DNA of 64,000 bases from NCBI GenBank assembly GCA_902604575.1, contig CACKZH010000001.1, forward strand, positions 20,708-84,707, in the 5' to 3' direction. Below, piece by piece: positions 54,066 through 64,000 of the stretch. Numbering within the stretch: the first letter of the stretch is position 1; each line of letters starts with the position of its first letter. The translations under genes were made by a program, and so were the position numbers. The stretch comes from an uncultured Pelagibacteraceae bacterium. Its GTDB lineage: Bacteria > Pseudomonadota > Alphaproteobacteria > Pelagibacterales > Pelagibacteraceae. The notes under the pieces were generated by a model. That model did not search any database, was not told where the DNA came from, and was given only the letters and a program-made list of their open reading frames with translations.

Positions 54066-57000
54066 TAATTAAGCTCCACATTTAATGCTAATGATTTAAT
54101 CTCTTTAACTAAAACGTTAAATGACTCTGGTATTCCAGACTCAAAGTTCTCTTCACCTTTAACTATAGTCTCGTAAACTTTAACTCTTCCTGCCACGTCA
54201 TCTGATTTAACAGTTAAAATTTCCTGCAATGTATATGATGCACCATATGCTTCGAGGGCCCACACTTCCATTTCACCAAATCTTTGACCACCTAATTGTG
54301 CTTTACCACCAAGAGGTTGTTGTGTAACCAAACTATAAGGTCCTGTAGATCTAGCATGAATTTTATCCTCAACTAAGTGATGAAGTTTAAGCATGTATAT
54401 TATTCCAACTGTAACCGGTCTATCAAATTTTTCACCTGTTCTTCCGTCCCATAAGTAAGTTTGTCCGGATCCTGGTAAATTTGCTAGTTCAAGCATCTCT
54501 GTAACATTTTTTTCTTTAGCACCATCAAAAACAGGTGTTGAGATTGCTATACCATTTTGTAAATTTTCACAAAGATCTTTAAATTCACTCTTACTTAACT
54601 TATCGACTTTATCTTTAAAAATTTCTTCTCCATAAACAGATTTTAAGAATTTATCGATTTTTTCTGTTCTCTCAATTTTTTTATTATTTTCATTAACTAA
54701 ATTTTTAACTTGTTCACCAAATTCTTTACATGCCCAACCCAAATGTGTCTCTAAAATTTGTCCAACGTTCATCCTACTTGGAACACCCAGAGGATTTAAT
54801 ACAATATCGACTGGTCTACCGTCTTCCCTATATGGCATATCTTCAACAGGTACAATTTTACTTACAACTCCTTTGTTTCCGTGTCTTCCAGACATCTTAT
54901 CACCAGGTCTTAATCTTCTTTTTATAGCAACGAAAACTTTTACCATTTTCATAACACTTGGTAATAAATCGTCACCACTTCTAATTTTTAAAACTTTATC
55001 TTCAAATCTCTCTGTTATGTCCTGTTTTGCATTATTATATTGTTCTTTTAATTGAGCTAATGTTGCTTCGTCATTTACATTTCCTACTGTAATTTTGAAA
55101 ACATCGTTAATTGATAGTTTATTAATTGTATCAAAATCTAACTTAATTCCTTCAGATAAATCTTTTACTTTTTTAGTTAAAGATGATCCTGAAAGGAATT
55201 GTGAAGCTCTTTGTTTAATACTTCTTTCTAATATTTCTTCCTCAACAATTTTATCTTGTTGAACTTGTTCAATTTCAGCTCTTTCAATAGTTATTGATCT
55301 TTCATCTTTCTCAATTCCATGTCTATTGAATACTCTTACATCAACTATAGTTCCACTTGATCCTCTAGACATTCTTAGAGATGTATCAGTTACATCAATG
55401 GCTTTTTCTCCAAATATTGATCTTAATAATTTTTCTTCAGGACCAGATGCTGAGTCTCCTTTTGGTGTAACTTTACCAACTAAAATATCTCCAGCATTAA
55501 CCTCTGCACCAATATAAACTATTCCAGATTCATCAAGGTTTTTTAAAGCTTCTTCATTTACATTTGGTATATCTCTTGTAATTTCTTCTTCACCAAGTTT
55601 TGTATCTCTTGCCATTATTTCGTATTCGACAATATGGACAGATGTAAATACATCATCTGTAACACATCTTTCTGAAATTAGGATTGAATCTTCAAAGTTG
55701 TAACCTTGCCATGGCATGAATGCTACAGTAACATTCTTACCTAAAGCAAGTTCACCTAATTTTGTTGAAGGACCATCGGCAATGATATCTCCAGATTTAA
55801 CTTTGTCCCCAACTCTAACTAGTGGTCTTTGATTTATGCAAGTATTTTGGTTTGATCTTTTAAATTTTTGAAGGTTATAGATATCTACACCAGACTTACT
55901 AAAGTCTGTTTCCTCAGTTACTTTTATAACAATTCTTTTACCATCTATTTTATCAACAATTCCGTCACGTTTAGCAACAATAGTTACCCCTGAGTCTAAA
56001 GCAACATCACTTTCAATTCCTGTACCTACAAGTGGCGACTCTGGTTTTAATAATGGAACTGCTTGCCTCATCATGTTTGATCCCATTAAAGCTCTGTTTG
56101 CATCATCATTTTCTAAAAATGGAATTAATGATGCTGCAACTGAAACTAATTGTTTTGGTGATACGTCAATGTAATCAATAGTATCTGGTTTAGCTAAAAG
56201 AAAGTTTAGGTTTTGTCTGCACGAAACTAGTTCTTCAGTAATTTTTCCAGTTTTATCAAGTTTTGTATTTGCTTGAGCAATAGTAAATTTTGTTTCTTCC
56301 ATTGCTGATAAGTATTCGACTTTATCTTGAACTACACCGTCTTTTACTTTTTTGTATGGGCTTTCAATAAAGCCATACTTATTAATTTTTGCATATGTGG
56401 ATAAACTATTAATCAAACCAATATTTGGACCCTCTGGTGTCTCAATTGGACAAATTCTTCCATAGTGGGTTGGGTGCACGTCTCTAACTTCAAAACCTGC
56501 TCTTTCTCTTGTTAAACCACCCGGACCTAATGCTGAAACTCTTCTCTTGTGAGTGATTTCAGATAACGGATTTGTTTGATCCATAAACTGAGATAGTTGT
56601 GAACTTGCAAAAAAATCTTTCAATGAAACTGTTAATGGTTTTGCATTAATAAGATCTTGTGGCATTGCCGATTCTACATCTAGAGTTGTCATTTTTTCCT
56701 TAATAGCTCTTTCCATTCTGTAAACTCCAATTCTAGCTTGGTTCTCAACTAACTCTCCAACAGAACGTACTCTTCTATTTCCTAGGTGATCTATGTCATC
56801 AACATCATCTTTACCATCACGTAAATCTAACATTTTGTGAATTATTGCAATTATATCGTCGTTTCTTAATATAGTGATTTTGTCAGAACACTCTTGGTTT
56901 AATCTTGAGTTCATTTTAACTCTTCCAACATCAGACAAATCATATCTGTCTGAGCTGAAGAAAAGATTATTAAATATTTGAGTTGCTATCTCTATGGTTG

Positions 57001-58153
57001 GTGGCTCACCAGGTCTTAGCATTTTATATATTTCTGTGATTGCTTCGTCTTTAGTATTATTTTTATCAGCTAAAATAGTTGTAAGTAGATAAGGCCCTTT
57101 ATTTATAGAGTTTGTAACAGAAATTTGAAGTGTATCTATATTTGCATCTAAAATTTTTTGAATAATTGTGTCATTTAGTTCAGTCCCAATTTTAAATACA
57201 CCATCCTCTTCTTCATTAACTTTGACATCTCTGTGTAAAAACTTACCAAACAATGACTCTCTAGAAACTAGTATGTCTTTCAAACCATCATTAGCTAATT
57301 TTTTTGCACTTAAAAAATTAATCTTGTCGCCTAATTTAATTACTACTTCACCAGTCTTTGCGTCAATTACTTCTTCTGAGAAATTTTTTGCCTTATAATT
57401 TTCTGGATTAAATTTAGTTTTCCATTTTTCAGTTTTTGCATCAAAATTATACTTTTCATTTTCATAGAACTCATCCACTATTTCTGTTTTTGTATAACCT
57501 AAAGCTAATAATAAAGTAGATGAAAAAATTTTCTTTTTTCTATCAATTTTAAAATATAGAAAATCTTTAACATCATACTCAAAATCTAACCAAGAACCTC
57601 TATTGGGTATTACTCTACAATTAAATAAAAGTTTACCACTTGCATGAGTTTTGCCTTTATCATGATCAAAAAATACACCTGGACTTCTATGCATTTGGTT
57701 TACTACAACCCTTTGAACACCGTTAGTTATAAAAGTTCCACTATTAGTCATCATAGGAACTTCACCCATATATACTTCTTGCTCTTTTGCTGATAAAATA
57801 TCTTTTGTGTTATTTTCTTGATCTATTTCGTAAACAACTAATCTTAAAGTACACTTAAGAGCTGATGAATATGTAAGACCTCTTGCTATACATTCTTCAA
57901 CATCAAATTTAGGTTTCTCTAATCTGTATGAAACATACTCTAAAGTTGCTTTGTCATTTAAATCCTCAATAGGAAAAATACTTTTAAATACTCTATCAAA
58001 ACCTTTAGTAAGTTCTACTGCCTCAACATTAAATTCTGTTAATTCTTTGTACGAATTTTTTTGTACTTCAATTAAGTTAGGTATAGATAAACTCTCTTTT
58101 AGTTTACCAAAACTTTTTCTAATGTTTTTCTTTTCAGTAAAAGATAATTGCAT
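54065..58153 (-). CDS. rpoB: RNA polymerase beta subunit
   Basis: [39 protein letters not shown] motifs. Confidence 0.99.
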   Translation of the reverse strand: MQLSFTEKKNIRKSFGKLKESLSIPNLIEVQKNSYKELTEFNVEAVELTKGFDRVFKSIFPIEDLNDKATLEYVSYRLEKPKFDVEECIARGLTYSSALKCTLRLVVYEIDQENNTKDILSAKEQEVYMGEVPMMTNSGTFITNGVQRVVVNQMHRSPGVFFDHDKGKTHASGKLLFNCRVIPNRGSWLDFEYDVKDFLYFKIDRKKKIFSSTLLLALGYTKTEIVDEFYENEKYNFDAKTEKWKTKFNPENYKAKNFSEEVIDAKTGEVVIKLGDKINFLSAKKLANDGLKDILVSRESLFGKFLHRDVKVNEEEDGVFKIGTELNDTIIQKILDANIDTLQISVTNSINKGPYLLTTILADKNNTKDEAITEIYKMLRPGEPPTIEIATQIFNNLFFSSDRYDLSDVGRVKMNSRLNQECSDKITILRNDDIIAIIHKMLDLRDGKDDVDDIDHLGNRRVRSVGELVENQARIGVYRMERAIKEKMTTLDVESAMPQDLINAKPLTVSLKDFFASSQLSQFMDQTNPLSEITHKRRVSALGPGGLTRERAGFEVRDVHPTHYGRICPIETPEGPNIGLINSLSTYAKINKYGFIESPYKKVKDGVVQDKVEYLSAMEETKFTIAQANTKLDKTGKITEELVSCRQNLNFLLAKPDTIDYIDVSPKQLVSVAASLIPFLENDDANRALMGSNMMRQAVPLLKPESPLVGTGIESDVALDSGVTIVAKRDGIVDKIDGKRIVIKVTEETDFSKSGVDIYNLQKFKRSNQNTCINQRPLVRVGDKVKSGDIIADGPSTKLGELALGKNVTVAFMPWQGYNFEDSILISERCVTDDVFTSVHIVEYEIMARDTKLGEEEITRDIPNVNEEALKNLDESGIVYIGAEVNAGDILVGKVTPKGDSASGPEEKLLRSIFGEKAIDVTDTSLRMSRGSSGTIVDVRVFNRHGIEKDERSITIERAEIEQVQQDKIVEEEILERSIKQRASQFLSGSSLTKKVKDLSEGIKLDFDTINKLSINDVFKITVGNVNDEATLAQLKEQYNNAKQDITERFEDKVLKIRSGDDLLPSVMKMVKVFVAIKRRLRPGDKMSGRHGNKGVVSKIVPVEDMPYREDGRPVDIVLNPLGVPSRMNVGQILETHLGWACKEFGEQVKNLVNENNKKIERTEKIDKFLKSVYGEEIFKDKVDKLSKSEFKDLCENLQNGIAISTPVFDGAKEKNVTEMLELANLPGSGQTYLWDGRTGEKFDRPVTVGIIYMLKLHHLVEDKIHARSTGPYSLVTQQPLGGKAQLGGQRFGEMEVWALEAYGASYTLQEILTVKSDDVAGRVKVYETIVKGEENFESGIPESFNVLVKEIKSLALNVELN

Positions 58154-58164
58154 CTATGTTTGTA

Positions 58165-58190
58165 AATACTGATTAAAAATAATCAGTATT
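58165..58190. promoter_or_regulatory. perfect 11-bp inverted repeat between rplL and rpoB (attenuator, processing or translational control hairpin)
   Basis: AATACTGATTA-aaaa-TAATCAGTATT; no U-tract follows on the transcribed strand. Confidence 0.55.
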
Positions 58191-58209
58191 CGAATTCTTT
58201 CTATTTAAT

Positions 58210-58575
58210 TTATTTAAGTTCTACTTTAGCGCCAGCAGCTTCTAACTTAGCTTTGATCTCTTCAGCATCTTTTTTATTCACACCAGATTTTACTTCTTTT
58301 GGTGCTCCTTCTACAAGATCTTTAGCTTCTTTTAAACCTAATGAAGTAACTGCTCTTACTTCTTTAATAACATTAATTTTTTTATCGCCTGCAGAAACTA
58401 ACATGATTGTAAAATCATCTTTATCTTCTGCCGGAGCTGCACCACCTGCTGCTGCTGGAGCTGCTGCTGCCATTGGAGTTACACCCCATTTTTCTTCTAA
58501 TTGTTTTGAAAGTTCAGCTGCCTCTGCAACAGTCAAACTTGATAAGTCTTCAATAATTTTGTTTAGGTCAGGCAT
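58210..58575 (-). CDS. rplL: 50S ribosomal protein L7/L12
   Basis: Ala-rich hinge; KINVIKEVR and [11 protein letters not shown] motifs. Confidence 0.99.
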   Translation of the reverse strand: MPDLNKIIEDLSSLTVAEAAELSKQLEEKWGVTPMAAAAPAAAGGAAPAEDKDDFTIMLVSAGDKKINVIKEVRAVTSLGLKEAKDLVEGAPKEVKSGVNKKDAEEIKAKLEAAGAKVELK

Positions 58576-58580
58576 ATGTA

Positions 58581-59102
58581 TTACTCTTTGGGTTGTGTTT
58601 CAGAATTTTCTGCCGTCAAACTACTCATTTTTTCTGAATGTGCAAGCAAAATACTGATTAATTTAGATGCAGAAGCGTTCAAAATACCCACTATATTGGC
58701 TCTTGCTTCATCTAATGTAGGTAAACTAGCTACATTTTGGACACCGGCCTGATCTAAGACCTCATTATCCATAATTCCACCAATTAATTTTAAATTTTCA
58801 TTATCTTTTGCAAATTTTGAAAGAATCCTTGCAGACATTATAGCATCCTCTCCAAATGCAACTGCGGTAGGACCGGTAAATAAATTTGATAAATCTTTAC
58901 ACTTAGTTTTTTCTAAAGCTAATTTTGTAATTCTGTTTTTTGTGATTTTAAAAATTATACCATGTTCTCTCATTTTTGTTCTCAATTCATCTAATTGAGT
59001 CATAGTTAAACCTTGGTAATGGGTAACCATTACAGCTTTGCTGTTTTCAAACTTGCTAGTCATTTCATCAATATAATTTTTCTTTTCTTCTTTATTCATC
59101 AT
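58581..59102 (-). CDS. rplJ: 50S ribosomal protein L10
   Basis: [28 protein letters not shown] motifs. Confidence 0.97.
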   Translation of the reverse strand: MMNKEEKKNYIDEMTSKFENSKAVMVTHYQGLTMTQLDELRTKMREHGIIFKITKNRITKLALEKTKCKDLSNLFTGPTAVAFGEDAIMSARILSKFAKDNENLKLIGGIMDNEVLDQAGVQNVASLPTLDEARANIVGILNASASKLISILLAHSEKMSSLTAENSETQPKE

Positions 59103-59104
59103 AA

Positions 59105-59794
59105 CTATATCAATTTCCCTAATTTAACTTTATATGAAACACCCATTGTTGATGTAGCAAATGCACTTTTGATTAAGTCACCCTTCAAAGTATTATTTGA
59201 TTTTTCTTTTTCTAAAGCATCTAAAATTGCATTGTAGTTTTTTAATAATTGATCATCATTAAAAGATTTTTTACCAATACTAACTCCAATGTTTCCGTCT
59301 TTATCATTTCTAATTTCTACTTGACCAGATTTAGCGTTAGTTACAGCCACTTTAATATTTTCAGAAACTGAACCAAGCTTTGGATTAGGCATTAATCCTT
59401 TTGGTCCCAAAACTTTTCCTAATTTAGAAAGTTTAATCATCATACCTGGAGTACAAATTAATTTTTCAAAATTTAATTCTCCTCCTTTAATCTTTTCAAT
59501 AAAGTCATCACCACCTACAATGTCTGCTCCCGCATCTTTTGCATCTTGTGATTTATTATCTTCGCAAACTACAGCAACTTTTACTTTCTTACCTGTGCCG
59601 CCAGGTAAATTAACAACAGTTCTAATATTAACTTCACTTTTCTTTTGTTTGTTATTTATTTGAAAACTTAAATCTAAAGACTCATCAAATTTAGTTGTGC
59701 AGTTTTTCTTAAGTTCAGGTAATAATTTTTCGATAGTCTCAGCACCTAAATCTTTAGTCTTTTCAGGTAATTTTTTATATCTTTTAGATACCAT
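59105..59794 (-). CDS. rplA: 50S ribosomal protein L1
   Basis: KFDES, LPGGTGK, LGPKGLMPNPK motifs. Confidence 0.98.
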   Translation of the reverse strand: MVSKRYKKLPEKTKDLGAETIEKLLPELKKNCTTKFDESLDLSFQINNKQKKSEVNIRTVVNLPGGTGKKVKVAVVCEDNKSQDAKDAGADIVGGDDFIEKIKGGELNFEKLICTPGMMIKLSKLGKVLGPKGLMPNPKLGSVSENIKVAVTNAKSGQVEIRNDKDGNIGVSIGKKSFNDDQLLKNYNAILDALEKEKSNNTLKGDLIKSAFATSTMGVSYKVKLGKLI

Positions 59795-60219
59795 TATTCT
59801 TTTACCTCAATTCCCATTGATCTTGCTGATCCTGCAATAATTTTTATAGCTTCTTCAATATCATGAGCGTTTAAATCATTCATTTTCTCTTTTGCTATAC
59901 TCTCCAATTGTTTTTTTGAAATTGAAGCAACAATATTTCTTCCAGGTTCTTTGGATCCACCTTTAAGTTTTACTGCTTCTTTAATATAAAAAGATGCTGG
60001 AGGTGATTTAATTTTAAAGTCAAATTTTTTATCTTTATATACCGTAATTTCCACAGGAACAGGCTTGCCTGCCATAGACTTAGTTTTATCATTAAAAGCT
60101 TTACAAAACTCCATTATATTTACACCACGCTGACCTAGTGCAGGACCAACTGGGGGAGCTGGATTAGCTTGACCGCCTTTAATTTGTAGTTTTATAAACC
60201 CACTTATTTCTTTTGCCAT
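59794..60219 (-). CDS. rplK: 50S ribosomal protein L11
   Basis: [12 protein letters not shown] motif. Confidence 0.99.
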   Translation of the reverse strand: MAKEISGFIKLQIKGGQANPAPPVGPALGQRGVNIMEFCKAFNDKTKSMAGKPVPVEITVYKDKKFDFKIKSPPASFYIKEAVKLKGGSKEPGRNIVASISKKQLESIAKEKMNDLNAHDIEEAIKIIAGSARSMGIEVKE

Positions 60220-60749
60220 TAACTTACCTTCTCAACCTGATTATATTCTAAATCTACAGGTGTAGGACGACCAAATATAGAAACTGACACCTTAAGTCTA
60301 GCTTTTTCTTCGTCAATTTCTTCTATCATTCCAGTAAATGATGCAAATGGACCATCTACAACCTGAACTTTTTCACCCACGCTATAATCTACGCCAGATT
60401 TTGGCTGAGCAACACCATCTTTGATCTGACCTAATATTTTTTCTACTTCTTTATCTGAAACTGGAACAGGTATACCTTTTGTTCCTAAAAATCCACTTAC
60501 CCTCTTTATGTTCTTAATCATGTGATAAATGTTATTATCCATCTCACTCTTAATTAAAACATAACCTGGGAAATATTTTTTTTTTCTTTGAATTCTTTTA
60601 CCTCTTTTTACCTCTGTGACATCATGAGTTGGTACAATAATTTCTTCAAATTTATCAGAAATTTTAGCTTTATCTGCTTCTTCTTTTATTAATGCAGCAA
60701 CTTTATTTTCGAAGCTAGAATGAGATTGAACTATGTACCAATTTTTCAT
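60219..60749 (-). CDS. nusG: transcription factor NusG
   Basis: [28 protein letters not shown] motifs. Confidence 0.98.
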   Translation of the reverse strand: MKNWYIVQSHSSFENKVAALIKEEADKAKISDKFEEIIVPTHDVTEVKRGKRIQRKKKYFPGYVLIKSEMDNNIYHMIKNIKRVSGFLGTKGIPVPVSDKEVEKILGQIKDGVAQPKSGVDYSVGEKVQVVDGPFASFTGMIEEIDEEKARLKVSVSIFGRPTPVDLEYNQVEKVS

Positions 60750-60940
60750 TAAATGCTCACTTTAAGTAAAAGTTCTAAGAAAATTTTCAAAACCTGATCT
60801 AATAAAAGAAAAAATAAGGACATAACTACTGCCATAACGAATACCATCAAAGCTCCTTGTAAAGTCTCTTTCCAAGTTGGCCATGTAACTTTAAAAGCCT
60901 CTTGCTTAACTTCCTGTAAAAATTTAATCGGGTTTTTCAT
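60749..60940 (-). CDS. secE: preprotein translocase SecE
   Basis: MKNPIKFLQEVKQEAFKVTWP plus one transmembrane helix. True start is 60940; the ORF-track extension overlaps tRNA-Trp. Confidence 0.95.
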   Translation of the reverse strand: MKNPIKFLQEVKQEAFKVTWPTWKETLQGALMVFVMAVVMSLFFLLLDQVLKIFLELLLKVSI

Positions 60941-60957
60941 AATCAATAAGCTCAAAT

Positions 60958-61033
60958 TGGCAGGAGCGGAGGGACTCGAACCCTCAGCCTCCGGTTTTGG
61001 AGACCGGCGCTCTACCAATTGAGCTACACTCCT
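60958..61033 (-). tRNA. tRNA-Trp(CCA)
   Basis: AGGAGTG...CCGGT-CT-CCA-AA-ACCGG...GGTTCGAGTCC...GCCA, 76 nt. Confidence 0.96.
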
Positions 61034-61043
61034 ATTTATAGAG

Positions 61044-62234
61044 TTACTCTATAATTTTAGTTACTACTCCTGCTCCAACAGTTCTTCCACCTTCTCTAAT
61101 TGCAAAGTTTAATTTCTCTGCCATAGCAATTGGTGTAATTAGTTTGACAGTAAATTTAGCATCATCACCTGGCATAACCATTTCAGTACCAGCTGGTAAC
61201 TCTACTTCACCTGTAACGTCTGTTGTTCTAAAATAAAACTGCGGTCTATACTTTGTAAAGAATGGAGTATGTCTTCCACCTTCATCTTTTTTAAGTACAT
61301 ACGCTTGAGCTTCAAATTTAGTGTGTGGAGTAATTGAACCAGGCTTACATAGAACTTGACCTCTTTCAATATCAGTTCTCTCAATACCTCTCAATAAAAT
61401 TCCAACGTTATCACCAGCTTCACCAGAGTCTAAAAGTTTTCTAAACATTTCAACACCAGTACAAACTGATTTTTTAGTTTCTCTAATTCCAACTATTTCA
61501 ACTTCTTCACCAGTTTTAACTACACCAGACTCAACTCTTCCAGTTGCAACTGTTCCTCTTCCAGAAATTGAGAATACGTCCTCAACTGGCATCAAGAATG
61601 GTTTATCAACTTCTCTAGCTGGTTGTGGAATATGTTCATCAACAGCTTTCATTAATTCTAAAATTGAATTTTTTCCAATTTCATCATCTCTACCTTCTAC
61701 TGCTGCTAAAGCTGAACCTTTTACGATTGGTGTTTTGTCACCTGGGTATTTGTATGATGTTAAAAGTTCTCTAATTTCTTCTTCAACAAGTTCAATCATT
61801 TCTTTATCATCAACTTGGTCTACTTTATTTAGGTAAACTACGATTGCAGGAATACCTACTTGTCTTCCTAAAAGAATATGTTCTCTTGTTTGTGGCATAG
61901 GACCATCAGCTGCGTTAACAACTAATATTGCACCATCCATCTGTGCAGCACCAGTGATCATGTTTTTAACGTAGTCAGCGTGACCAGGACAATCTACGTG
62001 AGCATAGTGTCTTTTTTCAGTTTCATATTCAACGTGTGCTGTTGAAATTGTTATACCTCTCTCTTTTTCTTCAGGTGCTTTATCGATTTGATCGTAAGCA
62101 ACTGCAGTTCCACCGCCCGCTTGTGCTAATACATTTGTAATCGCGGCAGTAAGAGTTGTTTTACCATGGTCGACATGACCAATAGTCCCAATGTTACAGT
62201 GGGGTTTATTTCTTACAAATTTTTCTTTTGACAT
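61044..62234 (-). CDS. tuf: elongation factor Tu
   Basis: [31 protein letters not shown] motifs. Confidence 0.99.
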   Translation of the reverse strand: MSKEKFVRNKPHCNIGTIGHVDHGKTTLTAAITNVLAQAGGGTAVAYDQIDKAPEEKERGITISTAHVEYETEKRHYAHVDCPGHADYVKNMITGAAQMDGAILVVNAADGPMPQTREHILLGRQVGIPAIVVYLNKVDQVDDKEMIELVEEEIRELLTSYKYPGDKTPIVKGSALAAVEGRDDEIGKNSILELMKAVDEHIPQPAREVDKPFLMPVEDVFSISGRGTVATGRVESGVVKTGEEVEIVGIRETKKSVCTGVEMFRKLLDSGEAGDNVGILLRGIERTDIERGQVLCKPGSITPHTKFEAQAYVLKKDEGGRHTPFFTKYRPQFYFRTTDVTGEVELPAGTEMVMPGDDAKFTVKLITPIAMAEKLNFAIREGGRTVGAGVVTKIIE

Positions 62235-62281
62235 TACGTTTTTACCTCAGTTTTTTTTTGTTTCTAATAACTTTAATTTCT

Positions 62282-62355
62282 TGGAGCGGGTAAAGGGAAT
62301 CGAACCCTTACATCCAGCTTGGAAGGCTAGCGTTCTACCATTGAACTACACCCGC
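62282..62355 (-). tRNA. tRNA-Gly(TCC)
   Basis: GCGGGTG...CTAGC-CT-TCC-AA-GCTGG...GGTTCGATTCC...TCCA, 74 nt. Confidence 0.96.
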
Positions 62356-62399
62356 ACAACCCCAAGAGTAACACTCCATGTTACTTAAAATTTATTAAA

Positions 62400-62485
62400 T
62401 GGTGGAGGGGGAAAGATTCGAACTTTCGAAGACCGAAGTCAACGGGTTTACAGCCCGCCCCATTTGACCGCTCTGGAACCCCTCC
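62400..62485 (-). tRNA. tRNA-Tyr(GTA)
   Basis: GGAGGGG...GCGGG-CT-GTA-AA-CCCGT, long variable arm GAC-TTCG-GTC, ACCA end. Confidence 0.96.
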
Positions 62486-62532
62486 CTTGGGGAAGTGTCC
62501 CCTTGTTCAATAAAGCTTCAAATAACATGGGT

Positions 62533-62560
62533 TTTATATATTTTATTTATGCAAATGCAA
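62533..62560 (-). promoter_or_regulatory. putative promoter of the tRNA-Tyr/Gly-tuf transcript
   Basis: TTGCAT-N16-TATAAA. Confidence 0.5.
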
Positions 62561-62614
62561 CACGTGATTTAATAAGTAAATATTAAAAAAAACGTGTAAA
62601 ACACTTAATAATTT

Positions 62615-63358
62615 ATGAATAAATCGTCTTTTTTCATTGTTGGCCAGCATGCAGTAATTGAAGCTCTAAGAAACCCAAAAAGAAAGGTTTTAAGGGTCTT
62701 TTTAACAGAAGAATCTAAAAAAAATATTCATAGAAAAAACCCAAATAAGAACATTTTAGAGGATGTCAAAGTTTATTTTAAATCTAAAAAAGAGTTGGAC
62801 AAATATACTTCTAAAGAACAATTGATGCATAATGGTTATGTTGCTGAAATTGAACATTTGGATCAACCTGACCTAAAACAATTTATAAAAAATAAAAATA
62901 ATTTAACATTTGTTTGTCTAGATGAAGTTACTGATCCAAGAAATATTGGTTCATTAATCAGAAGTGCTGCATCATTTGATATTGATGGATTAATAATTAA
63001 AGAGAGACATTTTCCTCGTGATAGTAAGTTAATGTATAAATCAGCAAGTGGTTGTATGGAACACATGAATATATTTCAAGTCTCTAACATTAATTCTACA
63101 CTTAAAAATTTAAGAGAAAAAAATTTCTGGGTTTATGGTTTTGATGCAAAAGGTCAAAAAGATTTCACTGACATCAAATGGGAAGGAAATAACATTCTTC
63201 TATTTGGATCAGAAGGATTTGGCATGAGACAGCATACAGGTAAATATGCAGATTTTTTTGTAAAAATTCATATAAATGAAGAAATAGAAAGTTTAAATAT
63301 CTCAAATAGTGCTGCAATTGTATTTCATCACCTCAGTTATTTAAAAAAAAAGAGTTGA
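62615..63358 (+). CDS. rlmB: 23S rRNA Gm2251 methyltransferase (SpoU/TrmH family)
   Basis: GQHAVIEAL, VTDPRNIGSLIRSA, GSEGFG, ESLNISNS motifs; conserved position between tRNA-Tyr and tRNA-Thr. Confidence 0.9.
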   Translation: MNKSSFFIVGQHAVIEALRNPKRKVLRVFLTEESKKNIHRKNPNKNILEDVKVYFKSKKELDKYTSKEQLMHNGYVAEIEHLDQPDLKQFIKNKNNLTFVCLDEVTDPRNIGSLIRSAASFDIDGLIIKERHFPRDSKLMYKSASGCMEHMNIFQVSNINSTLKNLREKNFWVYGFDAKGQKDFTDIKWEGNNILLFGSEGFGMRQHTGKYADFFVKIHINEEIESLNISNSAAIVFHHLSYLKKKS

Positions 63359-63391
63359 TTATTTAACAAATAATTAATAATTATTGCGCAT

Positions 63392-63467
63392 GCCCTTGTA
63401 GCTCAGCTGGTAGAGCAATTGATTTGTAATCAATAGGTCCGCGGTTCGAATCCGTGCGGGGGCACCA
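63392..63467 (+). tRNA. tRNA-Thr(TGT)
   Basis: GCCCTTG...ATTGA-TT-TGT-AA-TCAAT...GGTTCGAATCC...ACCA, 76 nt. Confidence 0.96.
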
Positions 63468-63529
63468 TCATTCAATAAATTCAATACTTATTTTTTTGCA
63501 AAGTTAATTTCTAATTAATTTTTTATGTT

Positions 63530-63551
63530 GAGTGTGACCAGAGTGTGACCA
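63530..63551. repeat. perfect 11-bp tandem direct repeat GAGTGTGACCA x2 (candidate integrase arm-type sites)
   Basis: Copies at 63530-63540 and 63541-63551; 55% GC in a very AT-rich context, 62 nt after tRNA-Thr. Confidence 0.85.
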
Positions 63552-63593
63552 CTTTTGTAGACCAATCAAGTAGTCATTTAAAAATTTTTTTCA

Positions 63594-64000
63594 TTAATCA
63601 AGATTACCAAATGGTGCTAAGACTCTCTCTAAAGCTGCCATCAATTCAACTGGGAATTCAGTTTCTTCTCCTTTACGATATAGTTTTTTTAAATCTAGAT
63701 TAACCTTTTTTAAAGTTTCTTTTTTCATCATTTTGAAAGTTATAATACCAACTAATATAATCCCATAATCAACTGGTTCAGAGATATCACTATCTATTTG
63801 TGAACTTCTTTCATTAAAATAATACTCCATATCTTCTAAGTTCTTATCTAAATTTACAATTGCTAGCATTTGCTTTTTTGCAATTTTTCGATTAGCTTTT
63901 TTTGAGTAATCAATAAATTTATAACTATTATAAAAACTTGCTATGTTTTTATAATTTTTTCGAATGAACTCAGATCTTTTCTTTGCTTCCCTCTTAGTTT
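63594..64000 (-). CDS. hypothetical protein (5' end outside the window)
   Basis: The frame of the 91-aa ORF stays open to the window end (...TKREAKKRSEFIRKNYKNIASFYNSYKFIDYSKKANRKIAKKQMLAIV...), giving at least 134 aa with no stop in AT-rich DNA. Confidence 0.7.
   Translation of the reverse strand, partial: TKREAKKRSEFIRKNYKNIASFYNSYKFIDYSKKANRKIAKKQMLAIVNLDKNLEDMEYYFNERSSQIDSDISEPVDYGIILVGIITFKMMKKETLKKVNLDLKKLYRKGEETEFPVELMAALERVLAPFGNLD

Larger units (their letters stand above)
63468..64000. mobile_element. probable left end of a genomic island or prophage integrated at tRNA-Thr(TGT)
   Basis: tRNA 3' end with no terminator hairpin, tandem arm-like repeat, IHF-like site, then an unrecognised convergent gene. 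No integrase inside the window. Confidence 0.45.

Noticed and set aside
56520-56620. Possible rifampicin (rpoB) or streptomycin (rpsL) resistance alleles
   Set aside because: The [26 protein letters not shown] and the S12 KKPNS/RVKDL motifs look wild-type.
60941-61018. SecE N-terminal extension in the ORF track
   Set aside because: It is a translation of the tRNA-Trp sequence.
62191-62388. 65-aa plus-strand ORF
   Set aside because: Antisense to tRNA-Gly and the tuf start.
63392-63467. Two consecutive U-G pairs in the tRNA-Thr acceptor stem as evidence of 3' end replacement by integration
   Set aside because: Wobble pairs are tolerated and occur in native tRNA-Thr(TGT) genes; not diagnostic without comparison.
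63530-63551. Tandem repeat as a CRISPR remnant
   Set aside because: Only two 11-bp copies with no spacer and no cas genes.

Overview
Very AT-rich, extremely compact alphaproteobacterial chromosome segment. Gene content, synteny and the 1-4 nt gene overlaps point to SAR11/Pelagibacterales (inferred, no search run). It is mostly core genome: pdxJ-pyrE-spoT-folK-smpB-dapA, slt, tRNA-Ser, soxBDAG, gatCAB, pyrB-pyrC'-plsY-topA, galU-ugd, panC, mgtE, lipB and an RluC-like gene. A ~29 kb minus-strand translation/transcription supercluster follows (tRNA-Tyr/Gly, tuf, tRNA-Trp, secE-nusG, L11/L10 operons, rpoBC, str, S10, spc, alpha), then rlmB and tRNA-Thr. Best leads: (1) a TrmR-family O-methyltransferase translationally coupled to trhO behind gatCAB, a candidate two-gene mo5U34 tRNA wobble pathway; (2) a TPR-GT41 (OGT/SPINDLY-like) glycosyltransferase appended to the sox operon, with substituted active-site residues; (3) a probable integrative-element boundary right after tRNA-Thr(TGT), with an 11-bp tandem arm-type repeat and an orphan gene; (4) systematic streamlining: local absence of rpoZ, dprA, rpmD and tufA, loss of r-protein leaders, a shortened SpoT and a shortened L24. 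No rRNA, CRISPR array, transposase or integrase gene is visible.
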